The position numbers and the translations under genes are program-made. From Thermodesulfobacteriota bacterium (GTDB lineage: Bacteria > Desulfobacterota > Desulfobulbia > Desulfobulbales > SURF-16): DNA of 64,000 nucleotides. The stretch covers positions 35,898 to 99,897 of the forward strand of contig JBFMAY010000007.1 of the NCBI GenBank assembly GCA_040755455.1. The letters run 5' to 3'. The notes below the pieces were generated by a model that saw only the letters and a program-made list of their open reading frames with translations, made no database searches and was not told the DNA's origin. This document shows, one piece after another, positions 59,892-64,000 of this stretch (positions within the stretch are counted from its first letter, which is position 1; every line of letters begins with the position of its first letter).

Positions 59892-61916
59892 TCATTTTTT
59901 TAGTGTGATATCGATGGTGAGAGCAGATAAGTGGTCATGATTTTGATGCTGCTTGAGAGACTTAGAGTTTTCGCTATCTCCATTCTCGGAGCGAAGGCTT
60001 TGTGTCTGGGACGAATCCAGAGGGAAAAACAAGTACATAATATATGGCCCAATAGTGTAATTATAAACAAGGCCAAAAAGGTTGGAGCCGCCATAGACAA
60101 TCAACTTGTAATCCATCGGTTTTCGAATCCCTATGCTGGAAGGTTCACCAAGAATTTCTCGTGTAAGCTTCGGGGTGATCTTAACATCGGTTTCACCGGT
60201 TGAGAATTCAAGTATAACGCCGGTCAAGCGGCCTTCTTGATTGATCCAAAAAACAGTAGAATAGGGAAGTGATGCGGGATTGTAGCCACCATCCCGCAAA
60301 ATACCGTAGGGAGCATTTTTACAACTAGGGCAATATCTTTTCCTGACCTGGCCTTTTTCGTCTTTTATAAAGAATGGTTCACCCCAATTTGATGAAGAGA
60401 GTCCTGATAGCTTTTCTGCAAATTCGTTACCGTTTATACCCTGCGTACCGAGCTTGTCGAGTAATTGTAACAACTCTCGACCATCGCGGAGCGGATTAAC
60501 CTGGAGTTGCCTGGCCCAAGCCGCATAGTTTGTCGAAAATTTTTTCCGTTCGATATGTAGCTGGTCACCGCAAAATGACTGATGCGCCTCCATGGGGGTA
60601 AGGGTTGCCCTGTCTTGGTCGACCTCATCCTTGCTCAATGGGTGCTGTTCCTCTTTTGGGGCCAGACGACCATTGACCCTGTCCTCATAACTTATCTTTA
60701 TTTCATATCCAGGTGTTTCATAGGTGTAATGTATTTTGGCCATTCCATGCCCTGAGAGATTTCGCCTCTTGTTTGCGACATCGACAAAAAAACCTGGTGG
60801 AGAACCGAGAACCTCACGGGTCAATTTTGGTGTCAAGCAGAATGGTTCAGGAGCATCATCGAATACGAGACTGAGCTCCCGAAAACCCTCTTGGTTGTCA
60901 ACAATGAAACGAGTGCTGCTATAGGGTGTAGGAGGAGGGTTGTAACCTGCTGCCCGAAGAATACCGTAGAGGGTAAAGTGAGAAAAAAAGGACCCATACA
61001 GTCCATGATAGTTCTGAACATAATCGTAGGGAATGAAATACTGATCATCATTAGTGGACGCATTCCGGTATGTTCCCCACTGATTTTTCGGCAAACCAAA
61101 AATCTTTTCGGCAAAGGTCCAATAATCAATATCAGGAGTATCTGAAAAATTTTTCAGGAGCAAGAGAAGTGCTTTTGGTGTCTGAGGCGGGTTAATGGTA
61201 AAGTTGCGAGCCAATGCATCATATCTGCCTGGGTATACTTTACGTTCAATCACTACTTTGTGTGCCAAAAAATTCGCATGATTAGCCAACCGACCGTAAT
61301 ATTGTTCCGGATGATTTGCTGTCCTTATTGCCAGATGCTGGGTTGCAGGTGGCGTATAAGAGATATAAACTTGGAATCTCTCAGTTTCATAAGTGTACAG
61401 GATGGTGGGAATGCTACCCAAGTAGCGTTCAATATCGCACAAGCTGGCGGTAGGAGTACCGAGAATATCCTGTGTCAGTTTTGGAGTCAGCTGAAAAGTT
61501 GACGGATCTCTGAGAGCAAAAAATAGCCTGTTCAGCTTGTTTGGCCCTTCAAATTCAAAGCGCACTTCCTTTGGGTTGTAAGGGATTGCGCTATATGGGA
61601 ATTTGACGCCTCGATAATCACCATGCTCGGGTTTAAGGATATAAGGAGTATAGATTTGAATGTCTGTATTTTGTTTCGAAGATTGAATTCTCCACTCATC
61701 TTTCTGAAGCCCGGTAAGCTGCTCGCCAAGAAGCACAACATCTTCATCGGGCTGTTTGATGAAATGGGCAAGGTGCTGCAACAGAGTTTCTGCACTTTGC
61801 GGGACATGGGCCGTAGACAAGCCAGATTGGACAGGCTGAGCTGTAACCAGGGAAGTTCTCCACACGACTTCAAATATTAGGAGAAAAGAGGTGGCAATAA
61901 GAATCGCCCGTTTCAT
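59892..61916 (-). CDS. Exported hypothetical protein made of three ~220-aa homologous units
   Basis: Signal-like N-terminus; three copies of LL..L...E.L.GL....W and (L/I)TPKLT..(I/V)LG.P...Y.Y; lower GC; start 61916 or 61964. Confidence 0.75.
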   Translation of the reverse strand: MKRAILIATSFLLIFEVVWRTSLVTAQPVQSGLSTAHVPQSAETLLQHLAHFIKQPDEDVVLLGEQLTGLQKDEWRIQSSKQNTDIQIYTPYILKPEHGDYRGVKFPYSAIPYNPKEVRFEFEGPNKLNRLFFALRDPSTFQLTPKLTQDILGTPTASLCDIERYLGSIPTILYTYETERFQVYISYTPPATQHLAIRTANHPEQYYGRLANHANFLAHKVVIERKVYPGRYDALARNFTINPPQTPKALLLLLKNFSDTPDIDYWTFAEKIFGLPKNQWGTYRNASTNDDQYFIPYDYVQNYHGLYGSFFSHFTLYGILRAAGYNPPPTPYSSTRFIVDNQEGFRELSLVFDDAPEPFCLTPKLTREVLGSPPGFFVDVANKRRNLSGHGMAKIHYTYETPGYEIKISYEDRVNGRLAPKEEQHPLSKDEVDQDRATLTPMEAHQSFCGDQLHIERKKFSTNYAAWARQLQVNPLRDGRELLQLLDKLGTQGINGNEFAEKLSGLSSSNWGEPFFIKDEKGQVRKRYCPSCKNAPYGILRDGGYNPASLPYSTVFWINQEGRLTGVILEFSTGETDVKITPKLTREILGEPSSIGIRKPMDYKLIVYGGSNLFGLVYNYTIGPYIMYLFFPLDSSQTQSLRSENGDSENSKSLKQHQNHDHLSALTIDITLKK

Positions 61917-62235
61917 TCCCCGATGGTTGCCCCTCACTGTCTTGCCCTGTGATGATAATCTCATTTCTGGGTATGTTCCAATTGATCGATTTTATTATCT
62001 AAATTTCTGTATTACCAAAGCAAATAAAGACGTTCGAAAAGACGCCGATTTTTACGTATTTATTGAAACATAAGATTTTTATACGTTATTCTAACACAAA
62101 TTATTATCCAGAGAGTTTTTATCCAGCTATTTTGCTGTCAACAGATATTACTTAATATATCTGGTAAATTGAGGTTTGATTGGCAATATTAACGCCGTGG
62201 CTCACAAACCGTAGGTCATGAGAGAGTCTTTTTCT

Positions 62236-62898
62236 TAATGCCAGCTCGGTCTCGGTGGTGCCGATGGTGTGGAGACGATGTTGGTCGGCAGGCTTGAGAG
62301 GAATTCGCCGTCTACCAGGATATTGGTGACTAAGTCGGAGTTGGGGATGCCGCCATTGTCTTCCCGCAGTTGCAGGAAACTGGTCAGACCGACAAGGTCT
62401 TGCTCGCTGTAGCCCGCAAGAGCAGGTCGCTCTTGAGATTCGCCGCAACATCCGGAGTGAGCAGATTCTCTTCCGCCGAGTTGGCGAACGGCGCCTGGTC
62501 GAAAGTGACCGCCTTGACCCCGAAGAAAACGCCCACCAGCGCGGCCAGCCCGCCGCCCAGGGAGTGGCCGGTAAGGGTGATGGTGGCGTTGGGGTTGGCT
62601 GCCGTTACTTGCGCCTTGATCTGCAGGAAGTATTCGGCAGCCTGCAGCAGTTGAACCGAGCCCCAGCCATCAGCCAGCCCGATATCGGCCGCAATGTCGT
62701 CTCCGTCATAGGTGCCGGCAAAGGAGATGACGATTTCGTCTCCGCGCTGGAAAAAACCTGCTTCAAAACCGCTGGGCAGAACTCTGCGCTCCTCTACAGC
62801 TTCTTCCCACCCCTGAGCGATAGGAAACCAGTTGATATCAACTTGGTTGACTGATATGCACGGCCCGCCATAAGGGCTAATTCTATTTCAGTGACCAT
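62236..62898 (-). pseudogene. Frameshifted, truncated lipase (alpha/beta hydrolase) toxin-like gene
   Basis: Manual translation: MVTEIELALMAGRAYQST /fs/ INWFP..GW...SGFEA...IVISFAGT...TLTGHSLGGGLA...TFDQAPF /fs/ ...GGIPNS..VDGEFLS /fs/. Confidence 0.85.
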
Positions 62899-62900
62899 GG

Positions 62901-63701
62901 TTATTTCTCCTTCGTAGTCTTATCAAAAAGCCGATCACATGGGCAATACTGAGAACTCATCTTGTTTTTTTTGCAGACATCTAGACAAGCATCATAAGAT
63001 GGTTGTTTCTTGAACCACCCTATGCCTATCCAACCTCTGTTTCCGTCTGGAATCATTTCTGCACACTCCCTAGACTTTAGAATTCTCACCGGCTCCCGCA
63101 GGATGGTTTTGAATTCGGGTTGGGTAAGGCGGCTGTTGATTTTCCTGATTTCCTCTGCGGAAACTAGACGCTTGCCTAGTTGATTCACTTTGTTGTCTGG
63201 TGAGGAAATAATCAGATTAAGTTTTTTGATCTCCGCTGGCAATTCTTGCAGAGCAATATTCTGCCAGGCCTTGTTCGCGTACCTGAAGACCACATAAGGA
63301 GGATTGGGCCTGCCCCACTTGTTGTATGAGAGGCAGCCGACAGGAGTGGAAACCACGTAGGCCGTCCCCTGAACAATATCAAGCAATAGCGGCATGAAAT
63401 CGGCAAGCCCCACGTCTTCGCTGTATTCGCTTTTCCAGGTAACGTTTTCTTTTGTCGCTGGGATGGTAAAGCTTAGACTTTGCTCCTTAATCGGTGGCTG
63501 TTGGCCGATCTCATGCCGTCCTCCACGATCAACAGACCTCTTGACAATAATCTTGCAGCCGTCATGCAGCAGCACTTCTTCCCGCCAACTGTCTCCAAGC
63601 CCCAACGGGTTCCCGCCGGCCAAGGTCATGCAGCCTGCCAGGGCGGCAAGCAGCACCGTCAACAAAACACCTATGGTCAACCCGTTCAGCAATCTTTTCA
63701 T
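62901..63701 (-). CDS. Lipoprotein, putative immunity partner of the downstream lipase
   Basis: Lipobox LAGC; SWREEVLLHDG...IIVKRS, YNKWGRPNPPY, C-terminal Cys cluster; stop lies 2 nt before the lipase ATG. Confidence 0.7.
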   Translation of the reverse strand: MKRLLNGLTIGVLLTVLLAALAGCMTLAGGNPLGLGDSWREEVLLHDGCKIIVKRSVDRGGRHEIGQQPPIKEQSLSFTIPATKENVTWKSEYSEDVGLADFMPLLLDIVQGTAYVVSTPVGCLSYNKWGRPNPPYVVFRYANKAWQNIALQELPAEIKKLNLIISSPDNKVNQLGKRLVSAEEIRKINSRLTQPEFKTILREPVRILKSRECAEMIPDGNRGWIGIGWFKKQPSYDACLDVCKKNKMSSQYCPCDRLFDKTTKEK

Positions 63702-64000
63702 GCCGTCCCCCTCCATGCGCATGATCACTATCTGATATTACCTAACCTTCAATGTCTTTTGCCGTATTAGCTACCCGGCAGATGTTTGTCAAACTGATTG
63801 TATCGTTAGGATAAAAGAACTCAGCAAATAGGGATAAACAAGTCGATCGTTTCCGACGTAACCGGTCATATCGCTAGCCTGGATTTCCACGGAACAAAAA
63901 CGTGTAACGCGTAAAACTCCACACAATAAGCCTGGAGGGCAAGTCGAGCGTTCTCTAGCGTCTTTATGTTAACTATTTCTGTCACCGATACACTCAGTTT

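Overview
A 64-kb GC-rich chromosomal segment, most likely from a Desulfobacterota genome (Desulfobulbales-like; inferred from cytochrome c3, ResB/CcsA system II, cobA-hemD fusion, MucR and a Sec-encoding gene). The backbone is housekeeping: hemC, cobA/hemD, fumC, perR-katA, nadC, ubiB, pepA, mog, EF-G paralog, nnr, pabBC, PBP1A, ccsAB, rpmB, rel, proS, ispG, queA, murI, lolA, cobU, cobD and a short S1. Accessory structure read directly from the DNA: (1) a ~540-bp direct duplication of the hemD 3' end plus terminator bracketing a flippase-like gene; (2) a decaying integrase-less integron cassette array (about 4.96-6.13 kb), with one attC hit by a 129-bp MITE and another by a group IIC-attC intron stump; (3) a lone AT-rich DUF2971 gene cassette with an attC, apparently integrated at a secondary site (29.9-30.95 kb); (4) an OmcS-like multiheme cytochrome with non-canonical heme motifs, near a selenocysteine rhodanese lipoprotein that the ORF track splits in two; (5) four different sensor proteins ending in the same uncharacterised CxxC...HGxCxxC domain; (6) an antitoxin-less RelE-like gene with a Zn-finger insert; (7) a three-copy 53-bp palindromic repeat family; (8) a precursor-less RiPP-type B12 radical SAM gene coupled to cobU-cobD; (9) a right-end island with a lipoprotein, a frameshifted lipase-toxin pseudogene and a triple-repeat exported protein. 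No rRNA, tRNA, CRISPR array, integrase or transposase was recognised. All family assignments come from motif recognition by eye, not database searches.
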